Counted from the first letter of the stretch, positions 38,731 through 53,011 are shown. The stretch is 64,000 bases of DNA from Mobula hypostoma (GCF_963921235.1 NC_086108.1:21328001-21392000), one strand, 5' to 3'. Made by a program: numbers and translations. The notes: generated by a model from the sequence alone, not told the origin.

Positions 38731-39526
38731 CTTGAAATCATTTCAATTGTCTCAGGGCTCTCAATCATTACTGGTTTAAATGTAACGTTTGACCACTGCT
38801 TCATTACAGATGAGTCTTATGTTGCCATCTGAAATCATGACAAACAACCTTAAAAATGTTTGCCAACTCAATCAAATCAGCAGATGGCTTTTTTACTCCC
38901 TCTTCTCAAGTAAATTTCAACCCATCATTTGGACTGCCTGATATAATTTGATTCTTTTTCAATGATACTCAATAGTAGAAGCCAACTGGCTGAGATAATG
39001 ACACTGAAGAATCTTGTTGGCTTTAACACTTACAACTAATCACAGCCATCACAAAAATAGGCAAGTGCATATGTGCATGTCAGGAGACAAGAGGATGAAA
39101 CTTCCTAGCAGTGCCTAGCTGTGCCAAGGGAAGTGACTGAGTAACAGATGGTACAATATTTATCATTTGCTTTACGCTTACAACTGTGTGGCTAAGCTCA
39201 GCTCCAATTCCACATCTAAATTTGCTGATGACACCACTATTGTTGGCTGAATCAAAGGTGGTGATGAATCACCATGGTGAGGAGGGAGACCGAATATCTG
39301 GCTGAGTGATGCCACGCCAACAAACTTTCACCTCAATGTGAGCAAGACCAAGGAGATGATTACTGACTTCAGGAGTAGGAAACCAGTGGTCCATGAGCCA
39401 GTCCTCATTGGGGGAATCAGAAGAAGTGGAGAGGGTCAGCAACTTTAACTTCCTCAGTGTTATTATTTCAGAGGATCTGGACCTAGCACATAAGTGCAAT
39501 TATGAAGAAGGCATTATACACCAATG

Positions 39527-40005
39527 CAACATACATCAAAGTTGCTGGTGAACGCAGCAGGCCAAGCAGCATCTATAGGAAGAGGTGCAGTCGACGTTTC
39601 AGGCCGAGACCCTTTGTCAGGACTAACTGAAGGAAGAGTGAGTAAGGGATTTGAAAGCTGGAGGGGGAGGGGGAGATGCAAAATGATAGGAGAAGACAGG
39701 AGGGGGAGGGATAGAGCCGAGAGCTGGACAGGTGATAGGCAAAAGGGGATACGAGAGGATCATGGGACAGGATCTATCCCTCCCCCTCCTGTCTTCTCCT
39801 ATCATTTTGCATCTCCCCCTCCCCCTCCAGCTTTCAAATCCCTTACTCACTCTTCCTTCAGTTAGTCCTGACGAAGGGTCTCGGCCTGAAACGTTGACTG
39901 CGCCTCTTCCTATAGATGCTGCCTGGCCTGCTGCGTTCACCAGCAACTTTGATGTATGTTGCTTGAATTTCCAGCATCTGCAGAATTCCTGTTGTTTGCG
40001 TTTAA
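39527..40005. mobile_element. Fold-back PLE pLTR mini-element: 190-bp inverted repeat, 14-bp TSD
   Basis: Arms 39526-39715 and 39773-39962; attatacaccaatg at 39513-39526 and 40006-40019. Confidence 0.92.
39864..39900 (+). ncRNA. Minimal hammerhead motif (right arm of the fold-back element)
   Basis: agtc-CTGACGA-agggtctcggcct-GAAA-cgtt-gactg. Confidence 0.75.
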
Positions 40006-43000
40006 ATTATACACCAATGGCCTTGAATAGAAAATCCTCCAAAATGTAGTGGAAAGGTCTCAGTCCATCACAGCTAAAGCCCTCCCAACCATTGAGCACA
40101 CCTACACAGAACATCGTCGCAGGAAAGCAGCCTCCATCATCAGGGACCCCCCACTATCCAGGTCATGATTTCTTCTCGCTGCTGCGATCAGAAAGAAGGT
40201 ACAGGAACCTCAGGACTCAGACTACCAAGTTCAGGCACAGTTACTACCCCTCATCCACCAGGCTCTTGAACCAAAGGGGATAACTTCACTCAGCACCACT
40301 TGCCCCATCACTGAAATGTTCCCACAACCTATGGGCTCAATTTCAAGTACTCTTTCATCTCATGTTCTTTATATTTATTCCTTATTCATTATTATTTCTT
40401 TCTTTTTGTATTTGAAGTTCATTGTCTTTTGCACACTGGTTGAATGCCCAAGCTGGTGAGGTCTTTCAATGATTCTATTATGGTCATTATTCATTATTCT
40501 ATTACGCAATTAGAGTATGCCTGCAAGAAAACGAATCTCAAGATTGTATATGGTGACATATATGTAATTTGATAATAAATTTACTTTGAGTCTTTGAACC
40601 ATTGCTGCTTATTGTCTGATTTCACATGGAAATTCAAACTCTCAATCTCAATTCAGAGTGCCTTTCGGGGCAACTTGAAAGAAAGGAAACAGCATGCTGT
40701 CACTGAGTCATTACCAAGAGTGCAAACAACCAACAAGATGGTGTCAGCATCAGGCCTAGATGATTGCAGGATATGTGCTCTGATTCTCTATTTAGATTGA
40801 AAATAGATTGAAAAACTGTAACAACATTGGAGGTGAATTCATCCTAAATCTACTTTTTTTTAAAACTTGTGCTTAATTTTATTTGTGCAGAATGGCTTAA
40901 TTCAGTCAGTATTTCAAAATTTCTAAATGGATTTGAAAATTTTCCTGGCATCTATAGATATGAACAGCTTTATAATCAGGTGATTCTGAGTCAACCTGAT
41001 CATGTGTAATAACAGGCATCCTGATATCATCACTGCTGTACAGAGGCAATCCAAATATTTCAGGAGCTCCATTCTTTAAACAATATTTCTTAACATCCTG
41101 AATGTTTTATCCTTTATTTTGGCTTTCCCTCTAATCTAGTATCTTTCCTCATTTCCAATTTGTCTGGTTTTAAGATCAGGTTTGAAGATGACTGAAAATC
41201 AGGGCGAGGATGGCCAATTTGGATGGTAGGTATACGTCAATGACCTCTCATCATTCCTGACAGCATGCAAGCCAGATCAATAGAACTTTCCAAGAAAACA
41301 TCAATTATTAATTTCTTAGAAAACACCTAAAGAATGCAATTACATTCATCCTTTTCTTTAAAATAGAGGGTGACCAGACCAAAAAATTCTTAAAATTCAA
41401 TTATTTTTAAATGACTGGAGCATTCAATTACACAGGCCTTCCTGACTGACTGCTCTGCTGATGTCAGTTATTAGACACATGTTGGAGTAGGTCCACTCCA
41501 GGCAGAACTCTGTGCAGATTCAAATTGGCCAAAACTATCTGACTCAGGAAATCCTATGATTGGCTGAAGAGTATTCTTTCTTAGATTGCAGCTTGTGGCA
41601 GTCCAGAACTGCTGATGCTCCACCACAGACTCCAAAGGAGCTGTTTTGGAATGTTCCCTGTAAGTGATGCCATGGCAGTGACTCAACACTTGAGTGAGTT
41701 TCAGAAAACATAAAAGGCCTCTTTGAAAGGCTCTTCTTTGGTGATAAAGCTTGGGTATTTTAAAAGTATACACTACTCAGGCTTTAATAAATGGGACCAC
41801 AGTAAATTAAATGATACTCATTGATAAACCAGGCAGCTTGCTAGTTTCTTGAAGCATGTTAAACAGAGACTGTGCCTCAAAAGATCCATTAGAAGAGAGA
41901 TATATCTAAGAAATAAACTAAAAATTAGGGAAAAGAAATTGTAGTGTTCCTTGTAAGGACTATAATTTATTGGTACAAACTTCCGAAAAGCATTTTCTCA
42001 TTAAGTGATATCAACCAGAATGTATTGGGCAAATCAGAGATAGTAGGTAGCAAGGAGGTAAACTTAACTGATGATCAGAAAATTCCATTATACTAACAAT
42101 CTGAAAATAAATTCTTAGACAGGGCAACGCAAGCAATGCAAGCAACAAGCAAACAAGGAATTCCAAAAGTTTAAAGCTCATGCAGAACCAACATCCACAG
42201 TTACTCAAGGTCAAAGATTATGGGTTTTTCACATTCCATCCTGACCCCATGAATACCATGACTCCTGCCACTGGTTCTCAGTGACTGGAATTTAGAAAGA
42301 CCTATTTGACAACATATCAAGTATCAATGCAATTAAGTCTCTTTTATATTGCAGTAAAGGAAGATGTAGGCACTTTAAAATGGATTTGTTATCTTAAATC
42401 CCATTGAGAATTAAGTGTAATTACTTAAGCAGCGTGCTCACAACTAATATCACAGCTGGCCTCTTGCTGGAAGGAGACTATGTGTCCAGTGACGACCAAG
42501 CTCATTAATACAAGGTCAATGAATATGCAAGCTTCCACCCACACGGACTATCACTGGGGAATTTTAAATCATCTTTTTATCCCCCTTGTGAACTGCAATT
42601 TTGAGTGAAATACACAAAGTGCTGTTTCCTTCTTCTGATTAATCCAGGACATGTACTTCCAGAGATAAGTAGACTGAAGGTGGTTAGCAAACAGCAATAG
42701 CATCACGGCGGTTATGCTAATAGTCAAATAATCTTGGAATCTAGATCTGGAGATGAAATTTCTTAAACACACCCTGTGGTAACAGCCTCTGCAAAGTATT
42801 CAACCAATAATTACTGTATTCTTACACAGCAATCTAATTATTTTCCAAAACTGATCAAACCAAACTGATTATGTGGACCTACTAATTCTTTTAATTTGAT
42901 TTAAAATCAGGTTAAATCATAAAAGATTCACAGCAATAAATGGAAAGCAGGCTATAGACCAAACTTTCAGCATTAATTGCTTTCATGCAATGAAAATATT

Positions 43001-44699
43001 GTGAAACATAGTAATAATATTAGGCTTCCCAGCTGTTCTCAAGTGACTCATGCCACCTGCAACTAAGAGATTGGCTTAGATTATTAAGATTTATTGTTTT
43101 CCTTGGCAAACAAGCTCTTATACAGAGAAAGCAACTCCATTTTGTCCAAGTATGACAATTTTCTGAAATGCCACTTCAGCCTTGCATCTCACATTTCCAA
43201 CAAGCAGTTTTATTGCTAATTCCAGATCTCTTTCACCTTCTTCTATATAGTCTTCCTTTTTGTTGGTCACTAGTCTTTACCACCCACTTTTTGGAGGCTC
43301 GTCACTGTTTGGATCATTTGGTCTCCACTAGTTTTCACTCTGTCCCTGACCTTCCTTTTGTTCTTTCTGATACTCTCTCTTCCTCTGTAAGTTAAGACTT
43401 GTACTATCTCAAACTTTACCTTGTTCTAATGAGAGGTTAGCAACTTGGGTTCACTCTCTCCTCTGGTGGTGGTTAATCTGTTGAATATTTCAATCAGTCA
43501 TTATTTCTGAACTTTTGAATAATAAGCAACACACACAAAATGCTGGAGGAACTCAGCAAGTCAGGCAACATCTACAGAAATGAGTAAACAGTCTATGTTT
43601 TGGGCCAAGACACTTCTTCAAAAATAATCATTTTTGATGAAAGATAAATAACTGTGTTCACTTAACGTTTGTGTTTTTCTGGATGGATAAGTTGAAATAT
43701 TCTGCAACTATGTTTAGATCTTCATAGTGTGATTCTCCTTTCACTTGTTACTAAAAGCACACAGAAAGCTTCTATCTGATGGACAGTTCCCTCAGCTCCA
43801 ACAATCACATCACCCACTTCTTGCATGTTCAAAACTTTCATTAAGTACTAATTAAAAGAGAAAATAAAAATGCTAATTGCTTCACATACTGATTTAAGAA
43901 TTTGAAGTCCATTTATCTATAATTCTATTGTCCTCACTTGGTTCCAGCAATTACAGAAACACAGAAAATTAATGTTCATTCAAATGCAATGTCAGATTCT
44001 CAAAATTCGACATTGCTTCAATCTTAGTTTCTTTGTAAATATTTGCAGGCATCTGGATGACAACTTGTTTTTGAAATTGCATTTATTGCAAGGAGTGAGT
44101 CGTAATAGCAAAATCAACACAACGAGACTGGCCACTTCAACTGGGAGAGGCTAACATGGCATCATGTGGAAGGGTGAGAGAGGGATAGGGCAGTGAAATA
44201 AATGCTTTTTGTGCTACTGCAGAGAGATACACACTTGTCTGGAATTTACTATGGTAAATGGAATGAAGAACTTGTGGTGATTGGAAGGTGTCAGAATAGC
44301 AGTTTCTGCCAAAGGAAGCATAACAGTTGCTCGAATTTTAAATTACCTGAATCTTACTTTACTTTTACTTTGTTAATTTAGCAGGATAAAGTATTCGAAG
44401 GTTAACTTACACCATATTCTCTCGAGTTCTCCATTAAAGGAAGACAGTAAGCTATTAAAATCCATTTGAGTGATCACTTTGAAATCATTTTCTTCAAAAA
44501 TTTCCATCAACCAGACTCCAATTTACCATTAGTCTGAAGCAGATTGCAATTCCAATCATTCCAGTTCACAAGACCTGGGAAAATGAAGAGCTAACTGCAG
44601 GACTTTCAAACCTTCTATCCGGTAAATCATAGCAATCAGACACTTGATCCAAAAATCACATATTTACAGAAGAACTGTACACCTTGTGTTGCCAGATGT

Positions 44700-45530
44700 T
44701 GTGCTAACTCCACCTGCAACTCTGCAGATACACCACTGTTGGGCACTACAGCTCAAATAATGAGTCAGACCATAGGAAGGAGATAACAGAGCTTAGCAAC
44801 CTGGCGTCATGACAACAACTATTTCCTCAATGTCAACAAAACAAAGGGCTGATCAGTGACTTCAGAAGGGAGGGTGGTAGACATGCTCCTATCTACATTA
44901 ATGGCTTTGAGCTTGAAAGGGTTGAGAGCTTCAAGCCCTATATGTGAACATGATCAATAGTCTGTACGGTCCAAACAACTGGATGCCATGGCCAAGAAAG
45001 CTCACCAACACCTCTACTTCATCAGGAAGCATTCCCCATTGACCCTTAACAATTTTTATCGTCGTATCACAGACACATTCTTTCTGGATGCAAATGATTT
45101 GGTATGGCAACTGTTCTACATGTGACACAGCAAGAAACTGTAGAGTTGCGGACACAACTCAGCACATCACTGATATCAGCCTCCCCTCTATGAATTCTGT
45201 CTACTCTTCTTGCACTCTCAGTAAAGAGGCCAGCATAATCAAAGATCTCATCCACCCCGCACATTCCCTATTCTCCCCTTTCCGATCGGGCAGAGGATAC
45301 AGAAGCCTGAAGAGCCTATACCACCAGGCTGAAGGACAGCTTCTATCCCACTGAGCTCAGTTTTACTGTTTAGATGTATCGTACTTTTTTGGTAGCTCAT
45401 ATACTTCATTCTGCACTGCTACTTTTTTGACTTTGTACTACTTCAAAGCACAGTGTAATGATTTGATTTGGATGAACTGTATGCAAGATAAGCTTCTTCA
45501 CTGTAGTCTTGGTACATGTGACAATAAACC
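44700..45530 (+). mobile_element. Degenerate Rex1-like LINE 3' part
   Basis: ORF 45088..45354 (WYGNCS...HPAHSLFSPFRSGRGYRSL). Confidence 0.7.
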
Positions 45531-45539
45531 AAAACTAAA

Positions 45540-46505
45540 GCAAATTCAAGTTTGCTGATGACACCACTGTTGTAGGCCAAATCAAGTGTATTGATGAATC
45601 AGCATCTAGGAGGAAGATTGAAAAACTGGCTGAGAGGTGCCATAGCAATAACCTCTTTCTCAATATCAGCAAGATCAAGGACCTGATTATTGACTTCAGA
45701 AGGAGGAAACTGATGGTCCATGAGCCTGTCCTCATTGGGGAATCAGAGGTGGAGAGGGTTAGCAACTTTAAATTCCTCTGCGTTATCATTTTGGAGGATC
45801 TGTCCTGGACCCAGCATATGAGTGCAATTATGAAAAAAGCACGGCAGTGCCTCCACTTCCTTAGATGTTTGCGAATATTTGGCATGACATCTAAAACTTT
45901 GTCAAACATCTATAGATGTGTAGTGGAGAGTATGCTGACTGGCTGCATCACAGCCTGGTATGGAAACACAAATGCCCTCAAATAGAAAATCCTACAAAAA
46001 GTAGTGGATATGGCCCAGTTCATCACGGGTAAAGCTCCTCTCATCATTGAGCAGATGTACATGAAGCGTTGTCGCAGGAAAGCAGCATCCATCATCAGTG
46101 ACCACACCACCAAGGACATGCTATCAGGAAGAAGGTACAGGAGCTTCATTCAACACCAGGTTCAGGAACAGTTACAATCATCAGGCTCTTAAGGAGGTAA
46201 CTTCACTCAACTTCTTGGACCCTCATTGAAATGTTCCCACAACCAATGGAGTCACCTTCAAGGACTCTTCTTAAGTTTTTGATATTTATTGCTGCTTTAT
46301 TTATGATTATTATTTTTTTTTCTTTTGCATTTGTACGGTCTGTTGTTTTTTCCACTTTGATAGTTTGTCTGCCCTATTAGGTGTGATATTTCATTGTTTC
46401 TATTATGGTTCTTAGATTTACTGAGTATGCCCGCAAGAAAACAAATCTCAGGGTTGTATATCATGACACATCCGTACTTTGATAATAAATTTACTTTGAA
46501 CTTTG
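45540..46505 (+). mobile_element. Rex1-like LINE 3' part
   Basis: aagtttgctgatgacacc (KFADDT); ORF 45713..45985 (VERVSNFKFL..KKARQCLHFLR..CITAWYGN). Confidence 0.8.
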
Positions 46506-48341
46506 TTTGAGAGTATTTGAAATTGAAGCAGAGCAGAGCTACTTGGAATATGAAAGACAAACATTTAAAAGCTTTGAGTTGTAAACATCTTTATTTGTTC
46601 CTTTTCTTTCTTTTGGTGCAATAATGAATAAGTAACAATATCAGTGAATTTTCAAAGTCATCAGAATTGGAGAATCATTTTGGCTCAGCAACTACAGGTT
46701 TATCTGCAAGTTAAATTTCACAGCTCCAGTCTCATCCAGGACTGCCTACAAATTTGCCTGGTACTTCAAAACAGCTCCACACCGTCAGAGATAGTAATAT
46801 TCAGCATGCCCATTGAAAAAGATTTTAAAAATACTCTTACACCATCTGAGAAAAAAAAATTCTCACTGGATCCTGCCTGTTAATTATTTTTGCATTGATG
46901 CCAGACAAAATAACTGGGAGAGCATTCAACGTTCTTGGTCTTTGCAAGATCTTCCTGTCCACTATTAGTCCTGTGTTTATCAAACAGTTGAACCGCTAAT
47001 TAGCTTAAGAAAGAATGGCAGGCTAAAAATGCAGCCAAATTATTTATGAAGCCAGAAATAAAATTCAACAGAAGTTAGATTCTGCAAAAGACGAGTGTTT
47101 TGGGTGGATTTCCTTCATTAGGCATGAATAAGTATCTTAGGAAAAGGGGAGGTATGGGATAGATTGAGAAACAAAATATTCCATCACAGAGTTGACCAAT
47201 TTAAATTTGCAATCCCATTCAAGACTTCCCAACATCTTCTTTTCAAGTACAAGGCAACAGAAGGGATGAACACAAACTGCGAGAGAGGTCCCTAGAAAAA
47301 ACAAAGTAAATCCTCAAGTGGGAAGTAAAATAACTTGCCCAATAGGAGAGCAATATTATCAATTTTATGCTCCTTTTATTGGAGAAGGATGGTGTGTCTG
47401 TTTGATTTAATACACCATTCTGGTTATACATGAATACTATACTTCACAAACAGTTTCACTGTTTCAAGCTAATTTATTCTTTGACACATAATAACAACCA
47501 CAAAAAATCTTGAAACCAGATGTAAAAATTTCAGTTTTCACTTTCCCCTTCCTCAATAGCAGCAACCCGCATCACCATCAAGCAAGTTACTTCATTTCAT
47601 CCAAAAACATAATGATAAGACCTACCTCTTATAACCCATCTTGATGGATTCATATCACCGATAAGCGTAACGCTTGGCCATTTCAGGCAACCAACATATG
47701 GTTTAACTTTATAAACCTCCACTTCAAATTCTTTCTTTAGATCCTAAGCCACTTCTCATGTCCAAATCACTCTGATTTGATCTCACTGAGGCTTGAATCT
47801 GTCAACTGATTTCGTCTGACTGAGGTTTAAAGCTGGCTTGTAAAGTTAACAGCAGTAATAGCCATAGCAGTTCCTGGAGATCTGCATTCAGTGTCTTCTT
47901 CTCACTGTCAAAGCACTCCAACAAAACCTAATTTTTAGGCAATATTAAAGCCTTAACTGGAACACTTGCAAGGAGATGCTCAACGCAGAGCCCTCTAAAC
48001 ATAATTTTGTCAATTATCTTTCATACATCCAGATACAATCACTGCTGAGTTTCCCGTGTCCACTTTTGATATCATTTCTTGAAAAGCAAAATGAAGCAGA
48101 TTTCTTTTTAAACAGTACAGATTTTTGTTACCCCTTTTGTTGAAAGCTGTCATTCACCTGCAACTAAGCCATCTTCCAATCAATGACAATACTGTTATTA
48201 ATTTCATCATACAAGTGTTCTCAATCAATAGCATTCCTTGCTAGAGGTAAGATATTCTGCAATATTTTTGTTTGCAAGTCATTCATACACCTGGGACTAC
48301 CACTGTTCAGGTAACAAATAATACTTGTCTTAAGCAAACGG

Positions 48342-48392
48342 AAACTAATACTCCAAAGCACAGTTATAGATAGGGCGGGTTTCCTTGCCAAT
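48342..48392 (-). promoter_or_regulatory. Candidate promoter (CCAAT box, GC box, TATA-like, Inr-like)
   Basis: Read on the minus strand: ATTGG (48388-48392), CCGCCC (48373-48378), TATAAC (48363-48368), TTAGTTT (48342-48348), within repeat-free DNA. Confidence 0.3.
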
Positions 48393-48774
48393 CCACTTTC
48401 ATTTGTAACTGTTAGCTGTTTATGCTGTTCCTGCAGCTGAAGGACACTAAACCTCAGCACAGTTTAATCAGAATAGTCACCAGACAGCCTGTAACGCTAC
48501 ATACAAATTTCATAAATGTACTGACTTGATGCAATAAAGAACAGGGCACACAGCAAAACAGTTGGTACATTGCAGAAGGAAAGAGAATAAACCTTGCTGA
48601 TTAATAATCATCCATCAAAATGAAAGTTATTAATCTGTAACATTAAAATTCTCTCTCCCCCCCATCTGCTCAGTGTTTACATTCTTTGTTTTCATTTTAT
48701 ATTTATGGTATCCACAGAATTGTTTAATTTATCAACCAGAATGGTTATTCCTTCATATATAGTTACATCTGACT

Positions 48775-49300
48775 ACTGCATGGCACAAGAAAATAGGAGC
48801 AGGAATAGGCTACCTTGGCACCTCAAGACTGTCCTGCCATTCAATATGATCATGGGTGATCTGCCCCAGGCAACAACTACTCTTCTGTGACGGATCCCCA
48901 TAATCCATAACGCCTAGTCTTTCAAACATTCATCGACCTTCACTATAAATGAACAAGCCTCGGCAAGTGTCTTGGGTAGAGAATTCCAGAGATTCATCGC
49001 CCACTGTGAGAAGAAATTACTACATACCTTAGTTTTAAATGATTGGCCACTTATCTTGAAACTATGACCCTTTGCTTTAGAATCTCCCACAAGTACAAAT
49101 ATCTCAACATTCACCCTGTCGGAGTTCCTTATGATTTTATAGTTTAGTATGATTACCATCATTTGTCTCCAATAAATATAGACCAAAGCTGTTTAGCCTC
49201 TCTTTATAGGAATTAACCTGCTGAATTTCCTTTGGACTACCTCCGATTCTACTATATTGTTTCTGAGGTGGGACTGAGACAAGGTACCAAACAGAGCAGA
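48775..49300 (-). mobile_element. Old CR1 3' fragment
   Basis: ORF 48914..49186 (KGHSFKI..NFFSQWAMNLWNSLP). Confidence 0.7.
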
Positions 49301-49504
49301 GCACATACCCGACTTTAATAACACAGAAGGAATGCATTACCATCATACTCCACAGCTCCACATGCACTTCCCCAAATAGGTTATTAATGAGAAAGTTTCA
49401 GAATTCAAAGCAGAAGCAACACATTGATAAGGAAACAGAAAGTAGAATATGAATTTGGGCTAGTGAGAAACACAAATACAGATACATGCAGGTTCCTTAT
49501 AGGC

Positions 49505-49585
49505 CAGAGGTTCCAAACCCGGGGTCCACTGACCCTTTGCCTAATGCTATTGGTCCATGGTATAAAAAAAGGTTGGGAACCCCTG
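49505..49585. mobile_element. hAT/Charlie-like MITE with an 8-bp TSD
   Basis: TIRs cagaggttccaaacc / ggttgggaacccctg; flanks ttataggc (49497-49504) and ttctaggc (49586-49593). Confidence 0.8.
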
Positions 49586-49618
49586 TTCTAGGCCGACAGA
49601 GAAGAAATTATATTGATG

Positions 49619-50054
49619 TGTAACTCTCGGTTCAGCTAGCGGCTTAATCTAGGGGATGATAGCCCCCTGCCCGATGTATCCCCATTATAAATCAGTACCA
49701 TGAAATAACAAACAGTACACAATATGTGATTAAACAACTGAGCCCAAACATTGGAGCTTACTGATAAGGCCGTTCGTCCACCATCAACCTCCCCCAATCA
49801 TCACTGACCTTCGGACTCTCGCTCCAAGTCCACTCTGTCTGGCTGTCTACTAACTCTCTCCATTCACGTCTTCTCTCCTCATCTCTCCCCAGCAAAAGAC
49901 CGCGAAATCCCTGCTCCCAGACTCACAAAAAGAACAACCTCCCTCTCACTGGAGAGCCCCACATTCCAAAGTCCTGTTATCTCTAGTCATAATCCAAACA
50001 TTACTGCTATAGAGAAACCATTACATTAGCAGTGAAACCATACAGTGCGTTACC
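49619..50054. mobile_element. Probable solo LTR
   Basis: Begins TGTAAC and ends GTTAC(C); imperfect 4-bp flanks gatg/aatg; no coding capacity. Confidence 0.45.
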
Positions 50055-51799
50055 AATGTTAAAATGGAATGGCAGAGAAAATAAGTATTTTGTATCTGCA
50101 TTAATGGAAAACAAGGAACCCTTCCAGATATAGTGGAGAACAAAAGGTCAAAAGGCCATTAATGAAAAATGTATCCTGAAGATTTCAATAACTCTGAAAA
50201 GCAATAGATCTCTTGATGACTCACATCCTGGAGTTTTAAAGGAGATATTTATGGAGGTGGTGGATTCATTGGGTGCTGTCATGAAGATGGCAAGTGACAC
50301 CCCACATTATAAGTAGGGAAGTAATCGAATTTATTATTAAGAAGTAATCAGACTGGTGAGAACCAATATGGATTGATAGAAGGAAAATGATGTTTCACAA
50401 GACTTTTGGACTTTTTCCAGAGGTTGTATTTGGCAGAATAGACACACCACTACCCTCATTTCTTTTAAACTTACCTAGGACCCTATTCTCTTTCTTCTTC
50501 CAAATTCACTGGGGCACATTCACATGCTTTTTTCCCTCAAAACCCTTTAAGTGGCCTATTTTCACATTCATTTTTAAAGTTTACTGAGCCCTCATTTTCA
50601 GGCTCCTTTTCATTCTGTTCCCTATGTTCTCTTTGGAACTCACCTAGCTCATTGCAGCATCCATTACACCACTGTGTAAAATCAGCAGGGTTAGGAGATA
50701 CATAGGTTATCATCCAGTACCCAGAAAAACTAACAGCCTGGTACCATTGTCCTAAGAGTATCAAAATACTGCAGCGTGTTGAATCATTGCTTCTGTTTCT
50801 TGTGTTTCTTTTATTATGTTTCAATATAAATATCATCATTATTAAACAAGTTCTGAATATAAAAGTACTTAAAAAAAAAACTCTAGTCTGATGAGTCAAG
50901 TCCCCTGGTTTATTCTGGAGATTGAAGCCTTCAAAACATTCAATAACACAGCAAAACAATTAAAATAATTAAAACCATTAAATTAAAAGTAAAACCAAAA
51001 ATTTAAATATACTAAAAAGAATTATAACATTAAAATAAACTAAAACAGTTGGAAAAAAATTACAACTCCATTCCTCGCAACCAAATATCTCCATTCAAAT
51101 AAATGGCCATGTTGGACCTGGTAGAGGTTTTAAAAGCAGAATTTCCACCATAAATACAAGGAAAAAACTGCAACTATTGCTGCCGTCCGCTTGGAGCCTA
51201 GTTCTCTGGCAAACAGTTGTAGCAAGTTTGAACTAATGCATTCAAGTGCCTATACATGAATCCGGAACAAGTGGTACTTACATAGGGAATATTTGCAGGG
51301 GTGGAAATGCCATATAGTTCAATAAGACTCAGCTCTTTTTACAAACTCCTGTGAGACAGGAATTTAACACCAATAATCTGAAGCAGGTAACATTTGAGAA
51401 ACATCTCACTTCCGTTCGAAGTTCACAAAAGTTATAAAAGCTAAATTTCACTGTCAACCTATCTTCCTGCAACAGGAAATCAGCAAATTTACTGTACCTT
51501 GACAAAAAAAGGATGTTTTCACATATCTATTTTAAATATTTTTTATTATTATAACTGAACCTACTAATTTAACTACTGAAAAGGATGCAGGAGTTTAAAT
51601 AAAATGTACCTGAATTTTCAAGTTGAGCATTTTCTGGATATTATGACAATGCTGTAAATAAGAACTTGGTGACTAAAATACATTCAGTTCACTTGCGCTT
51701 TCTCTGCTTTAATATTTTGATTCAGGACTGAATATCAGTGCATTACCCTGAGGGTTGTGAGAACATAGGGGAGAGAAAAAATGAGGTCAGACTGTATAT

Positions 51800-52122
51800 T
51801 TGTTCTTCTGCCATCAGGCAAACATTACAGGAGCATCAAAACTAAAACCACAAAGCTATTAAAAAGCTTCCTCTCACAGGCAATCAGACTGCTAAATAGC
51901 TGCTCTACCTGACTCTGCTTTGGACACTTTTAACTTGGACACTTATAACTTGATTTTAACTGACATGTGGCTGTTGTGTTTTACTATTTATTGTTATGTT
52001 TATTATTTAGTGTTGCGTTTGTTATGTTATGATTGCACTGCTCCTGAGAAACGCTGTCTCATTCTGCTCTGCAGAGCTGATGTACGGTTAGAATGACAAT
52101 AAAGTTTTTGAATCTTGAATTT
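51800..52122 (+). mobile_element. Rex1-like 3' end/UTR
   Basis: Near-identical to 61055-61380. Confidence 0.8.
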
Positions 52123-53011
52123 TGAGTCTATTTGATGGGGTGGGAAAGGTAACCAAAAGTACCCATGGCTGAAACTTTTAACTCATTGTATTTACAAAAT
52201 CAAAATGAAAATGGAATAGGAATAACATAACTTTTCTGACACATTGCTTGCTTATGTGCAGCATAGGAAATTATTGTAATCCAACACCATGAGCTATACA
52301 GAAGGAATTGTCCACCACAAAATTCAAAACTGTCCACTACAAGTTCAAAAGTTAAAGGGATTTGTTACCAATTCTTGGTCAGAAAAGGAAAGAAAGGCTT
52401 AAGGAAAAAGTGGAAGAATTTCTTCTTGGCATGGAAAGCTGCATATGGGTATTCCAGCATGAAATCACTAAGAAGTTAAACTAGAGAACAGCTTGGATTA
52501 TAACAGTTTTAATTAAAGAAATGCAACCAACTTGTATTAAAGGGTGGTGTAACTTATTGTTGTGGTGACTGATGTTCAGTTTGCAGTTTCTTGTGCTAAC
52601 CAAAGTATCCCAGGGGGATTTCCTCTGCGTTGAAGGGGGCAGTGGGGCTCAGTCACAACGTTAAGCAAATGCATGTAACAATGACTTACCTAAAAGTACT
52701 TAGCAGTTGTCAGTGAGAAGTAATCTAATCCAATTAGGTATGAAACAATACAGCTGAAACACACTCACATATTATCAGCAATACATTGATGCTGAATTAA
52801 ATTTTCTTCATTAGATCTGATATTCTTCTGCAATTAAACCCAAAGGTGTTACACAATTGGCGCATCACTGATTGTATGTTGAGTTAGTACTTCAACAAGA
52901 TTACACCTTAAAACAAATCAAGTTAGGTGCAAAATATTAATTGATACCGAAATGATATATTTCTTGCAGGAGAAGTGCAAGGTTCAGGCTGAAAATTTGA
53001 AGAGTCATATA

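Larger units (their letters stand above)
39170..40595 (+). mobile_element. Rex1-like LINE 3' part interrupted by the fold-back PLE
   Basis: aaatttgctgatgacaccact and aagaccaaggagatgatt; the 3' end gataataaatttactttga is shared with the 45540-46505 copy. Confidence 0.8.

Noticed and set aside
44411..51345. Other short AG...GTAAGT exon-like segments (~44411-44451, ~51282-51346)
   Set aside because: Peptides are unrecognised or all frames are closed; such matches are expected at random in 64 kb.
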